Position numbers and translations under genes: made by a program | In this document: piece by piece, positions 39,395 to 50,312 of the stretch | Numbering within the stretch: position 1 is the stretch's first letter | Layout of the letters: each line of letters begins with the position of its first letter | DNA from: Isurus oxyrinchus | Taxonomy: Eukaryota | NCBI GenBank assembly: GCA_026770705.1 | Contig: JANJGN010000026.1 | Coordinates: 35,588,001 to 35,652,000, forward strand | DNA length: 64,000 nt | Reading direction: 5' to 3' | Notes under the pieces: model-generated | Told to the model about the DNA's origin: nothing | What the model saw: only the letters and a program-made list of their open reading frames with translations | The model's database searches: none

Positions 39395-39610
39395 TGCCGA
39401 GGGCAGGCACAGCACGGGTTAGTTCCAGAGTCAATCTCCCTCTATTCTGCCCCTATAAAACACTCCCAGGACAGGTACAGCACAGGATAGATACCGAATA
39501 AAGTTCTTTCTACACTGTCCCAGATTTGATGCAACTCTGTTAGAGCCAGAGTAAGTCCTGCTGTACAACTTCCCATCAAACACTTCTGGGACAGATGAAC
39601 CATGGAATAT
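39395..39610. repeat. Shark satellite-like repeat (~70 bp; caggtacagcac...tacactgtccc)
   Basis: About 3 degenerate units. Confidence 0.55.
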
Positions 39611-41157
39611 ATTTCAGTGCATTCTTAAAATGGTAATGAACTTTTAAACCTTTTGAATATTTAGTTTCCAAATTAAATTGTGTTTTTTTAGAAATAAGGA
39701 AGTAAATTGCATTTTTCTAGCTCCTTTTGCGATCTCATGGTGTCCTAAAGTACGTTGCACCATTATATCCAATGGAATACTTGAGAAGTTATACTACAGT
39801 ACAAGGAAACGGACCAGAAAATGATGCTGACAGTGGGATCCAACAAAGATAAATGTGATAATAAACAGTTATTCTGATATTTGATATGATTACGGGCTAA
39901 CTATTGGAACAAGGATAATTCCCATGTTGGAAATGTTATGCCATCGGAAAGGACAGGCAAAGACTCGCTTTAAATTCATATGCAAGAAATGATATGCCCG
40001 AAACTGCAGCTCTTCCTATAATGTTAGACTGTATTTTGTGCTGAAATCTGTAGTGATGTTAATCAGTAATGAAAGTGAAAATTCTCCTACTGGAAAACAT
40101 GGCGAGCACACAGTTTCTCCAGCCTGGAGCTCAACAGATTAGGGATCTGTTATTAGTCATTAGGCTAAATATTAATTCAGAAAATGTAATAGATTTATGC
40201 TGTGAGAAACATATGAATGCATCCGCGGTTTGTTGCCTTATCTCAGCCTCAAATCAACAAATCAATTCCCAGGCATATCCTCACACATTTCTGAAACATA
40301 AATAAGCAAATCATTCACATGATCCACAATTCGTTGGGAGATCAAAGAACATAGCCACATTCAGGAAGGATACGAAGAATTTTGTTCTTTCGGGTGACAT
40401 ATTCCGTTACTTGCAAGTGTCTCGATGATTTCTCCTCCTGTTCCATATTCAAGTAGATAGTATAAGCAAAGGCTGCATAGTTAATGTTATTACCCTTTTG
40501 TTAAGGTTAAAAGGTCTCTTCAGGTGGCGCTCAGAGCAATTACAAAGGGAAGCTGTTCGTCGGATTGCAACTAACAATGTTTCTGCCAGTTCTGTCTCTA
40601 CAATTTCCAATTGATAACAGGGGCGGCTTGTAACCACTGCGCCCTCTGGTAGGAAATCTAAGAATTTTACACAGTTTGAACAATGAGCAGAATGCTAATT
40701 TATCCATGGGACAATTTCAAGCAACCACACTTTCTGAAACGGACTTCAAAAAATTCAACTGTGTAACAACGGAGGAAATATGAGAAATATTAAAGGAACG
40801 GGCATTTCACCTTATTTAAGTTTCTCCTCAATGATGACATTATCTGATCTTTACATTGATGCATCGCACTCGTTAATGTTTGCTTTCTTCCACTTATGAT
40901 TGCATTGTTTCCTAACTTTTTGTCCTCTTCCCTTTTTCGCTTTCTGGTTTCCTCTTATTCATTCTGGCTTGTGTGCTAACTTTTCCTTTTTTTCTCTGTG
41001 TTTCCAACTCTCTTCATTTCTAACTCTGTTCAAACTTACACTTCTTGATTTTATTTTACTTTCTCATTTCATTAATCCTGCCCTCGGATCTTTCTAAAAG
41101 CACCACTCGAAAGAACGATCCTTGAAACACAGCGGAACTGCTCACACACTCGGTCTA

Positions 41158-41570
41158 GGTTTCTGTACGAGCTCAACATTTGATCGTTAGGCTGTCACCT
41201 TATGGAGCATAGATCGGTGGCAGTGTCTATAACCTGAGCGTGCCTCAGTCATGGCAAAGCGTTTGTTGCCCCCCTCGATTGAAGCAGTGATCATCTCGTG
41301 TTGATCAGTCCTTCTTGTGGCCATCACCAGATGCTGACGGTATGGCGGGGGTTCGGCTGGGGGGGAGGTGGAGGGCGGTGGGCGATGGTCAGATTCCGGA
41401 GCTGTCTGCACCAACGCGCGATGTCAGATGCAATTATGATGATATGATATGATTCCCATTTCACTAACAACCATCCGCTGATGGAGCTGCATCACCTCAT
41501 CTTCACCGATCACCTCCGTGCTGATCAGAGTTGAAAACAGCAGAAATACTCAGCAAATCCGAAGCTTCAT
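41158..41570 (-). pseudogene. TCR V relic with the leader fused in-frame to V (no leader intron)
   Basis: MKLRIC*VFLLFSTLISTEVIGEDEVMQLHQRMVVSE...WCRQL...QVIDTATDLCSIR; GACAGCC-23-ACAGAAACC (41196-41158). Confidence 0.68.
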
Positions 41571-41735
41571 CACAACACATGCAATACAGGCTGAAGCAAT
41601 TCTCCAGGGGGTCAGGTTAAAATCAGGAGATGGACATTTTATTTTGAAAACTTAACAAGGATCCACTCAGAGGCGCCTTCCTGTCGACCTAACGAAAGAA
41701 AATGAGTCATCGAGCTTACCCACTAGAAGTTTCGC

Positions 41736-42085
41736 ACTGACACAGCTCACGCTGCCTCTTAGCTCACACCAGGCTGCCCATACTCAGTGTTTCACACTGA
41801 CACAATTCATGCTGCCTCTTAGCTCACACCAGGCTGCCCATACTCAGTGTTTCACACTGACACAGGTCACGCTGCCTCTGGGCTCACACCAGGCTGCCCA
41901 TAATCAGTGTTTCACACTGACACAGCTCACGCTGCCTCTGAGCTCACACCAGGCTGCCCATACTCTGTTTCACACTGACACAATTCATGCTGCCTCTGAG
42001 CTCACACCAAGCCGCCCAGACTCAGTGTTTCACACTGACATCAGCTCACACTGTCTCTGAGTTCACACTAGATGGCCCACTTTCA
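41736..42085. repeat. 60-bp minisatellite, about 6 copies
   Basis: Unit cactgacacagctcacgctgcctctgagctcacaccaggctgcccatactcagtgtttca; lines 41761, 41821, 41881 and 41941 are near-identical. Confidence 0.92.
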
Positions 42086-42788
42086 ATATTTCTCATTGAA
42101 TCACGCTGATGTATGGTGGTGCATACTGATAATTGCATGGTTCAATCATTCACGGGAATTCCTGCCAAGCTGCAGCCCTCAAGTTAGTTACAAATTAGAA
42201 CAGATATTGCCTCCTTACTAGTATAGATCTCTTAAATCTCATCTTCAACTAAGCATCCAAGGATTCTCGAGTATTTTCCTCCCGCATTCTGGCTGAGCCT
42301 TTATTCCACACTGTGTTCAATCTCATTGTGACAACAGGAATGTCCAAACATCTCATTTTATAGTTTGAGCCCGTGTGCTTCCCCACATGGATTGCAATGT
42401 GACCATTTCTTTCCATATTTACAACACACCAAGAATAAAAGAAACATTGGCAGAAAGTATTTTTATATTTTTGCATTTTTTAAGTCAATTTTCTTCAGTA
42501 AAGTTTCTGAACACTGTTGTGAGTCTGGAACTCGCCCCGACTCAGAACCCAACACAGTCTCCCACTGCCCTCTGGTGGTGGTGACATGGAACTACAAGGT
42601 CAGTCTTCACAGAATTTGTTTGCCCTCCGGGCTCAAGATTACGTTCAACAATTTCCGAATCTAAATTCTTCCCCAGTTGTTTTTGTAAAGAAGTTTTTGG
42701 ACAGTGGTGGTGCATCTGATTTTCACAATAAACCTCCTCCAGACCAAGACACTGCCTTTGATCTTTCCTATTGGAACATATTTTTGAG

Positions 42789-43116
42789 ATCTGAGCCATG
42801 AAGATTCTGTTATTCAGCCACTATCCGCAAGAGTTAAGACAAAAGTAGAAGAAGTGAGCTTAAAATGTACCAATGATGCAACATGGGAAGGCAAATGGTA
42901 CCAGCAATAAGCTGAAACACAGCCAATGCGTAGTTTTATATGCTACCCGAACGATTCTGTAAAATAAAGCGGATTTTGCTAAAATGCACATATCAGAAGC
43001 GTGACAAAATTCATCACATTAATCATCACTGGACTGTATCTAACTGACGCTACAGTTTACTCCTGCTCCCTGAGACTCACTGGGTTGGAAACAAGTTACA
43101 CACTCATACCGGTACA
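42789..43116 (+). pseudogene. TCR V relic (stops, degenerate RSS)
   Basis: DLSHEDSVIQPLSARVKTKVEEVSLKCTND..KWYQQ*AETQP...FITLIITGLYLTDATVYSCSLR. Heptamer CACTGGG at 43078-43084. Confidence 0.8.
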
Positions 43117-43559
43117 CCGGTGTTTAGATTTGAAAATCCACTTCAAAAACTCAATTACGAGGCGACCGGATGTGAAGACCATCACAACATAACTACTTAG
43201 AAAATCTAGCATGTTCCTATGTTCAATACTGATATCAGCTATGTTGGCTTTTCAGCAGAGCACATGACTCTGAGTCATCCAATTTCACTGAACCTCGTTT
43301 GAAAATATTTACACGCGCTCGCCACCAGAGGGCAGTAGGGGCTGGGTTATATAAAAAGTGAAGTCAGACAGCATCTGCGGAGAGATAAAAAAATGCGCTT
43401 CTAATAGAACTTTATCAGTACTCGAACTGAGATAATTGACAGAGACCCAAGTGCAGTAGCAACACTCGTTGGTTTGACTGTCCGAACGGGCTACAGATTG
43501 AGGACGGCTTTTTCCATGCTTTCGTGATATTGAACGTTGCTGGCCGAACCAGTATTACC

Positions 43560-44790
43560 TGCCCATCCCTATTCACAGTTTTAAGTAACTGTGTCACTGG
43601 CAGCAGGGGTTTGTACAGGGGGATTCCAGGACACCAGGGAATTGGAATCTGGAGGATAAAAAAAAATATCTTTTCGTTTAGCCTGTGTTTGTCCGGGGGA
43701 GTTTGCCAATCACGTGAATAGCTCTGTTTGTGCAGTAATTTTCTTTGTTTGAAGCCGGTGCGAAATGTATTCACGGTTATTAAAATAGGATCAAGTCAGG
43801 AATGAGGTGATATTTTCTTTTCTACAGCGAATTCTTCCAATCAGGGCTTCACTGCCTGATGGGAACAGATTCCATTGTGCCTTTCAAACTGATAATGGAT
43901 CTGTGCTGGATATGGAGAAAATTCTTGGGTAGTGGGATTAATTGAATTATACTTTTAAAGATGCAGCACCTACACGATGGGTCGAATATCAAACTTCCAT
44001 GCTGGATAATTCTATGAATTATACTACATTCCCGTTTCTATTTTCCCTGTTGAGAGGCAAACCAGATGCAACATTTTATGATCAGTGAGGCAATCAGTTT
44101 TTAAAAAAACATGTTTGTCGCAGAGGAACACATCTGCGCATTGCAAGATCCAACAAAAATGGGCATCATTAGCACCGATTTTGCCAAACCGAGAGTTTAC
44201 ATCAGTGGTCAAATGTCAATCATTTACTGCGGTTTTAAACTGTCCGGGAGCTTCTATCTGTCCTTTACTCTATTTCTCTATGTTCTACCAATAGGCTCCA
44301 ATTTTCTGCAGTTCAGTTCATTTGGAATATTCACAATGAATTTCATTTTATTTATATTATTTCATGTTTCCTTTATTTCACATTTACGTTCTGCTGTTTG
44401 CGGTTCTTCCAATCGTGGGAGCTTGCCCCAAACTCTCTCAGTTGTCGGTTGGTTTCAGTCTGTTCAGTTTCCGCAGTGGTTTTACTGTTACTCACTGGGA
44501 ACTGCCTCTTTCGGCTCTCTGACAATTTCGATTCTTTCCGCACATTGACTGATTATCTCCCGGGTTCTCTGGGCGGAGTTTTCTCTCAATTTTACATTAC
44601 AGAGGAAGAATAATGAAAAAGACGAATGGGCCATTCGGCCTGTGGATATAATCCATTACAATTTGACCCCGCCCGAAATCTAACTGATTATTTCCATCCA
44701 GCTCCCTATGTTGGTCTGTTCCGTTCTCCGTCCTGTATTTTCAAGTGTTCCAATAAATACATCAATGCTATTTCCAACTATTCCCTGCCA
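43560..44790 (-). repeat. Inverted duplicate of ~48830-50090, including a truncated supporting-Vdelta relic at its left end
   Basis: 44340-44780 matches the reverse complement of 48830-49260. On the minus strand at ~43650: cctccag|DSNSLVSWNPPVQTPAASDTVT*NCE*. Confidence 0.85.
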
Positions 44791-45672
44791 CAGCAGGTTC
44801 CTCATTCTGACTTGTCTTTGTGTATTCCCAAACTGGAAATCAAACATGACTGAAATACGTATAACGCACCGCAGGGCTGGTGCAGGAAGCATTTGGTTAA
44901 ATGACAGGGAGAGTTTGCATTCATTCATGTGTGCTCTGCGCCTGGGCAGGTCCTTGGACGATTTTCTGCAATTACTTCGCATTGAGCTGTTTTCTTGGCA
45001 GCTTTGTTTGTCGTGGTTTTTAATTGCCTTCCACTCGCAGGAGCAGGAAGGACTCAAGTCAACCTCAGCCAGAACGCGGACAGAAACCATGTTATTGGCA
45101 TTATTCCAAACCAGACACTAGCCACCTAGCCAGCGGAGCTAACCAGCTGCTACTTAGCCTTGGTGTATGTTGTCTACGTCTGCCAGGATATTAGTAATGT
45201 AACTGCAGCTCATCATATTGTAACCTGAACTCCAGTCGCTGGGCCATGGAAGATGCCGGACCTGAGGCGCCGGCCTTCAGGTCAGACATCTAACTGATGC
45301 CCCACCAGCCCATTCAGGGCGATGTTAAACAATGTCCAGAATATTAGAATAAGAGCGGTACGTGGGGATTCACCTGGTGCCCTGGGCCCACATTTCACCT
45401 TTAACAAACCAAAACAAACACATACACCGACCTTCCAGTTCATTCCAGTGGGGAAATGAAGGCGGCAGCACAACTGGCAGAAAGAAAAGCTCCCCTTCCC
45501 CACTCCTGTACACCAGAGTATTGTGGGAGGGGCTTTCACATCCGGATCACAATCCAAATGTGGAGTCAGAAAATTGCAGCCTCCTTTTATAAACCTGTCT
45601 CTTATTCACACAACACTTAGCCAGCGACCTGGGAACCATCCGGCCCATCAATGATCTCAGCGGTACCGCCCC

Positions 45673-45775
45673 GTGCAAATCAACTTCGATCCCCCTAAGG
45701 TATTTCAGTCTAGCTCTGAGGCCCGGTCTCCCAGTGCAGTCCAGGACTGCAGTCTCCAGCTCCCCGTCATATAAA
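45673..45775 (+). promoter_or_regulatory. Putative NAR-TCR V promoter: octamer-like GTGCAAAT and TATAAA
   Basis: GTGCAAAT at 45673-45680 (1 mismatch to ATGCAAAT), TATAAA at 45770-45775, ATG at 45800. Confidence 0.45.
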
Positions 45776-45799
45776 CCCTCAGCTCCAGGCAGAAGAACG

Positions 45800-46278
45800 A
45801 TGGGAATCCTTCTTGTTTTCACGCTGTGTATCTGTTTACCCCGTGAGTAGCGATCAAACAGACCGACATTGTGTGGATTTAATATAAAGCTGCTCGAGTC
45901 CATCCCAACTACAGACACTGTCTGGGGTTTAACCCCGCACTGTGGTTCTCTGATGGTCCATTAAACTCTCTCTGTTTAATTTCCAGGCTTTTTCAGTCAG
46001 TCAGTGACACAGACCCCGGCAGCGGTGACCAGGAAGGAGTGTCGTCAGTCTCTCACCATCACCTGTGTTTTCTCCGGTGCTTCGCGGGATTATTTCCAAA
46101 CGGGATATTTCTTCAGACAAACCCAGACCGGGACAGAGCGGGAGCGGATCTCCAGCAGGGGGAGATTTGTTGTGTCGGTGAATAAAGCACAAAAGACATT
46201 TTCGCTGGAAATTCAGGAATTGAGAGTTGAAGACACCGCCACCTATTACTGTAAAGCTTAGTACCGGTATTACAGATA
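45800..46278 (+). CDS. NARTCRV: NAR-TCR V segment (IgNAR-like V); leader 45800-45842, V exon 45987-46278; TAG after YYCKA
   Basis: MGILLVFTLCICLP|RFFSQSVTQTPAAVTRKECRQSLTITCVFSGASRDYFQTGYFFRQTQTGTERERISSRGRFVVSVNKAQKTFSLEIQELRVEDTATYYCKA*. It lacks CDR2 like VNAR and has an extra FR1 Cys. Confidence 0.88.
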
Positions 46279-46316
46279 CACAGTGATGGGTCTCAGCTTC
46301 CCGCGATACAAAAACT
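46279..46316 (+). other. V RSS CACAGTG-22-ACAAAAACT
   Basis: Heptamer 46279-46285, nonamer 46308-46316. Confidence 0.92.
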
Positions 46317-46613
46317 CTCACTGTAGATTATCACAGAAACAAATGAAAGAGCGGAGTTAATCTGCAGTTAAACCCCCACAGTTCCGCATCACACCGTCTA
46401 TTTTATAATGAGACTGGATTATTGCCGTTAACATCTTGAGTGTGTGTGGATGGTGATGTCTTTCCCGGGATTGGTGTCAGTGAATGGGGATTGGGAATGA
46501 TTGATCCCAGTTAGAAACCCCTAACGCCAGATGTGATCCTGGTCTAACAGCTGGAACCGGGAACCGCTGCCCCCGCTGTTTATGATGTCCCCAAATCTTC
46601 GCAAGTACCCGAG

Positions 46614-46688
46614 GGATTTTATACTGACTTGTAACACTATGTGGATGGGGTACCTGGAATCACAGTGGGAGAGAACTTAACAAATACC
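46614..46688 (+). other. NARTCRD: NAR-TCR D segment (46642-46660, TGGATGGGGTACCTGGAAT) flanked by 12/12 RSSs
   Basis: GGATTTTAT-12-CACTATG | D | CACAGTG-12-ACAAATACC. All three D frames are open. Confidence 0.85.
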
Positions 46689-46994
46689 TCTGCCCAATCA
46701 CAATATAAATTCTCCGCGTCCGGATAGTGAATTGTCGGGTTGATGTTATTATCTCTGGAATCTGATTACAATTCATTGTAATTTCCATTATTCAGTTATC
46801 GTTCTTTGTTGTTCTGCTCGGTTTTTGTGAAGCTATTATCTTGTTCCCGGACCATTTACTCTGAGCTCAGTGCCTTAAAAAGAAGAGTTTGAACCGACAG
46901 AGACTTTGAAAATTGTTTATTTATTTAAATCAGTTGAATAATTGGGCAGTTTCTACTGTCTGATGATGATTTCCCGGCAGGTTAAGGTGTCGGT

Positions 46995-47080
46995 GGTTGT
47001 TGTACCGGGGACACTGAGAGCGGAGTCACTGTGGAAATATTATGTGGATGGATCCGGGACAGTGTTGACTGTTACAGCCG
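46995..47080 (+). other. NARTCRJ: NAR-TCR J segment (47034-47080, KYYVDGSGTVLTVTA) with 23-RSS
   Basis: GGTTGTTGT-23-CACTGTG, IgNAR-type xGxGTVLTV motif, phase-1 GTAAGT donor at 47081. Confidence 0.9.
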
Positions 47081-47994
47081 GTAAGTGACTCCATACTCCG
47101 CCGGGTTACAGCCTGTCTCGGGTAATGTTCACCGTCAGTTTATTATTGATATCAGTGGTGTTTGGGGGAGATGTTAGAGTTGACGGAATCTGGACCATTA
47201 TTAGTTCAATGGGCACATCGGGGACACTATCAACACCACGGACTCTCACACTCTGAATCGCTTTTAATGAGCGCAGATTGTCAACACTCAGGACTCCACA
47301 CCCCGTATTAACTGTGGCCGAGGCAGATCTATCTGTCACTTAGAGCCCGGGAGCGAGGTCCCAGAGCTTTCTCCTGGGCATCAGATTGCAGTCTGAGCCG
47401 CACAATGTGAATGAGGTACCGGGTGAATAAACTCAATACAACTGCGGCCAGTTCGGATACCTGCAGCGGCTTGTTCCAGACCTGACCCGGAAGAAAAACG
47501 GGAAAGTGACACAAGGGGCCTCAGATATATGAGATGCTGATGTGAGTCCAGGTTGAATTCTATATTTGGACAATCAGTCACGAAAATTAGTGACATTGTC
47601 TGTGCCATTTCTTTCAATTGCCTTTATAGAACCAATCACTTTCCTCCTTTTCCGTCCTTAAAATGAAATGTGAAAGTTTGGAAATGCAGACACTTCTCTA
47701 TATTGAATGTAGATGTTTGAGATATGGGATTGCTGTAATTTATCTGTATCTCTGATTCCTGTGAATTGAAACAGCACAGTGCAGTGAGAAAGTGAGGATG
47801 ATGTATTAATCTTATAAAGGAGAAAAGGGACATAAGGAAACAATTATAAACTAGGAGAATGCTCATTTAGAACCAGCAAGAAAAAAATAATCGAAAGGGA
47901 GAGAACGATTGGACGATTTCTGGGCGATTTTCAAAGTAATTTCCGACTCGGTGGTAGGTGAGGTTTATGGAGGGAAGGACTGAAATAGACTCCA

Positions 47995-48545
47995 GTCCGG
48001 AATGCTGTGTAAAGTTTTGGTCCCCTTACAGAAGGGAGATCAATCGTCATTGGAATGAGTGCAACAAAGATTCATCAGACTGATTCGTGAGATGAAGGGA
48101 TTGCCCAATGGGATGAGATTTAGTCGTCTCAGCCTATATTTCTTAGAGTTTATAAGAATGAGAGGTGATCTCATGAAAACATATAATATTCTGAAGGGAC
48201 TTGATAGGGCAGATTCTGGGTCAGTGTCTCCCCAGACTGAGGAGTATATAACTTGGGGTCACAGCTTCAGAATAAAGAGTCATCGATTAGAACTGAGAAG
48301 GAAAATAAATCTTCAATAGAACCACTGTTGTTAATCTGTGGCATTCTGTAACTCAGAGAGCGGTGGGTGTTCATAATCTGTATGCATTCTAGACAACATT
48401 CGATAGGTTTTCGGACACTAAAGGGATCAGGGATATGGGGAGAGTGCGGGAATGTGACGTTGCGGTTGTAAATCAGCCAGGATATTACTGAATGGCTGAG
48501 CAGGTTTGAAAGGTGATATGGTGGCTCCTGCTTCTATTGATTGGA
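47995..48545 (+). mobile_element. CR1-type LINE 3' fragment
   Basis: 'QQRFIRLIREMKGL...RMRGDLMKTYNILKGLDR'. Confidence 0.78.
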
Positions 48546-50012
48546 TTCTCTGCTTTGGTTTCTTACACTCCTGAGGGAAGAAACAATCATCAACAATCCA
48601 CATCTCTCTGGGAAGATTGAACAGGCTGGTTCTCTTTTTTCTGGAATACAGAACCACAAGGAGAATCCATATAAATCTTTCAATATTGAACGGGTTTAAC
48701 CTGGACAAGTTGAGTCCAGTAGCTCTCAGCACATGATAGTAGCTAACAGAACAGATCAAACATTTAAGACAAATGAATTTAAACAAAGGCAGGTCAGAAT
48801 GTGGAACTTGCTGCCTCAGGGAGAGGTTGGAGATAGTATTGATATATTTATTGGATCACTTGAAAATAGAGGAGGGAGAATGGAACAGACCAACACAGGG
48901 AGCTGGATGTAAATGGTCAATTAGATTTCTGGTGGGGTCAAGCGGGAATTGATTATATACACAAGCTGAATGGTTCATTCCTCTTCCGCATTCTTCTTCC
49001 TCGATAATGTAAAATTGAGAGAAAACTCCGGCCAGAGAACCTGGGACCGAATCAGTTAACTTGCGGAAAGAATTGAAATCGTCAGAGAGCCGGAAGAGGC
49101 AGTTCCCAGTGACTAACAGTAAAACGACTGTGGAAACTGAACAGACTAAACCCAGCCGACAACTGAAAGAGATTGGGACAAGTTCCCACGGTTGCAAAAA
49201 AGGCAACAGCATATAATAAATGTGAAATAAAGGGAATGTGAAATTAAAGAAGTAAAATGAAATTAATTGCACCTATTTGATATTAAGCTGAACTGGAGAA
49301 AATAGGACCCTATTGACAGAGCATAATGAAATAGAGCAAAAGGCAGATAGAAATTCCTGAGCAGTTATAAACCGCAGTAAGTGATTGACCTTTCACCACG
49401 AGAGATGCTCACTCTTGATTTGGCCCAATCAGTGCTGATGAACCCCATCAGTTTATGTTGGATTTTGCTATGCGCAGTGATGCCACACAGCTGTGTCCCT
49501 CTCTGACAAACATGGTTTTTTTGGAAACTGGTTGCCTCGCTGAACATAAAATACTCCCTCGTGTTTGTTTCTCACCAAGGAAAATAGAACCAGGAATGTA
49601 ATATAATTCATAGAATTATCCAGCATGGAAGGATGATATTCGGCCAATTGTGTTGGCGCTGACCCTTTAAAAGTGCAATACAAATGTTCCCACGGCCCAT
49701 GAATTTACTCTAGAGCTCTATATTTTTATTTGCATTTCCAATACAGACCCATTATCCGTTTGAAAGTCACTATTGAATCTATCCCCTACACCAATTCAGG
49801 CAGTGCAGTCCTGATCGGAAGAACTCGTGACGTAAAATAAAACATCACCTCATCCCCCATTTAGTCATATTTTCATAACAGTGAACATGGTTCAAATAGG
49901 CTTCCAGCAAGTTAAATTACTGCGAAAAGCAGAGCTATTCACGCGATTGACAGATTCTCCTGGAAAAACAGTGGCTGAACAAAAAGATAGTGCTCAATTT
50001 CTTATCCTACTG

Positions 50013-50312
50013 ATTCCAGTTCCATAATTTCCTGGATTTCACCTCTACAAACGTCTGCTGTCGGTGACACCGTTACTTTAAGCTGTGAATATTCAGGGTT
50101 CTGCACAGTACACTGGTACCCTCAGTCCCCAGGACAGGCTCCTGAATATCTTCTTCAGAGACGCACTTCAGGAGAGGAGAATAAAGAAAATGCTGCCAGG
50201 GGGAGAATTTTTGCTTCTATCGATTCTAACGAGAAAATCAGCCGGTTAACGATCTCCAAACTACAACTAAGCGACTCCGCTGTTTATTACTGTGAACTGA
50301 GTCGGTGCACAG
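50013..50312 (+). CDS. TRDV: NAR-TCR supporting TCRdelta V (leaderless, CDR1 Cys); open frame, but the acceptor AG reads TG
   Basis: DSSSIISWISPLQTSAVGDTVTLSCEYSGFCTVHWYPQSPGQAPEYLLQRRTSGEENKENAARGRIFASIDSNEKISRLTISKLQLSDSAVYYCELSRCT. No leader exon is seen between J and this exon. Missed by the ORF track. Confidence 0.85.

Noticed and set aside
41736-42085. CRISPR-like periodicity (also at 50313-50537)
   Set aside because: Whole units repeat without unique spacers, the DNA is eukaryotic, and there are no cas genes.
45800-47080. Interpretation as a true IgNAR antibody cluster
   Set aside because: Single D, no C exons, and followed by a leaderless CDR1-Cys TCR V amid TCR V genes, which fits NAR-TCR better.
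47100-47520. Possible constant or IgH-V exon after the J
   Set aside because: No open Ig-fold frame with Cys/Trp motifs, so there is no IgNAR constant exon here.
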